Origin: Octopus sinensis
Lineage: Eukaryota
NCBI RefSeq assembly: GCF_006345805.1
Contig: NC_043004.1
Location: 30,938,001-31,002,000, forward strand
Reading direction: 5' to 3'
Length of the DNA: 64,000 nt
The position numbers were made by a program, and so were the translations under genes. Shown here one piece after another: positions 63,290 to 64,000 of the stretch. Each line of letters starts with the position of its first letter. Positions within the stretch are counted from its first letter, which is position 1. The notes under the pieces are model-generated. The model saw only the letters and a program-made list of their open reading frames with translations, did no database searches and had not been told where the DNA came from.

Positions 63290-63691
63290 AATCTTTTCTA
63301 CTATAGACTCAAAGCCTGAAATTTGGTGTGGGGAGGGCCAGTCGATTAGATCAATCCTAATATGCAACTGGTACTCAATTTATTGACCCCAAAAGGATGA
63401 AAGGCAAAGCTGACCTCAGCAGAATTTGAACTCAGAACGTAGCTGCAGATGAAATACCTATTTCTTTACTGCCCACAAGGAGCTACACACAGGGGGGACA
63501 AACAAGGACAGGCAAACGGATTAAGTCGATTATATTGACCCCAGTGTGTAACTGATACTTATTTAATTGACCCCGAAAGGATGAAAGGCAAAGTTGACCT
63601 CGGCGGAATTTGAACTCAGAACGTAGCTGCAAATGAAATACCGCTAAGCATTTCATCCAGCATGCTAACAACTCTGCCAGCTCACTGCCTT
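63290..63691 (-). mobile_element. Dimeric SINE family A
   Basis: Same monomer junction GAAATAC/CTATTTCTTTACT (~63451-63465) as 18811-19215. Confidence 0.85.
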
Positions 63692-63720
63692 GTAATAATA
63701 ATAATCATAATTCATGGATT

Positions 63721-63760
<40 letters not shown>

Positions 63761-64000
63761 TATATATTATATATATATATATTATATATATATATTATAT
63801 ATATATATATATATATACATATATAACAAAACTGAGTTGGTTCCAAAATTATTTATTTATGTCATTCTTATACCTGTTCCAGTGAAGATTATGTGATCAA
63901 ATTATATAATCTTGGCAAGGTGTACATATAATACTTTCACATCAACAGAGATTATTTCACAATGTGCTTCTGTAGTTTTTCCTGACTAACATAATAAAAA

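Overview
AT-rich, microsatellite-dense eukaryotic DNA with no host exon or intact gene that I can support. The repeat families (tRNA-derived SINEs with CORE-like and Nin/Deu-like domains, RTE LINEs, R4/Dong LINEs) point to an octopus genome; this is inferred from recalled repeat families, not from a database search. Almost all long ORFs in the track are microsatellite translations. The recognisable content is transposon-derived: a near-complete IR/DR Tc1 (DD34E, one frameshift) nested in the (CATA)n tract of an R4-like LINE 3'UTR; a ~3.3 kb decayed R4-like LINE and several fragments; RTE, BovB-like and RTE-X remnants; piggyBac, mariner, maT and hAT derivatives; Helitrons; a solo LTR; and many SINEs. 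The most striking signal is not in the ORF track. At least five unrelated non-coding element families carry minimal type I hammerhead ribozyme motifs (CUGANGA...GAAA...UH with palindromic or near-palindromic stem III, as in Penelope-like elements). They mostly sit in (TA)n tracts and repeatedly form fold-back palindromes. The best case is 44751-45205, with ~180 bp arms and one hammerhead per strand. Element boundaries are read by eye and are approximate unless TIR/TSD positions are given.
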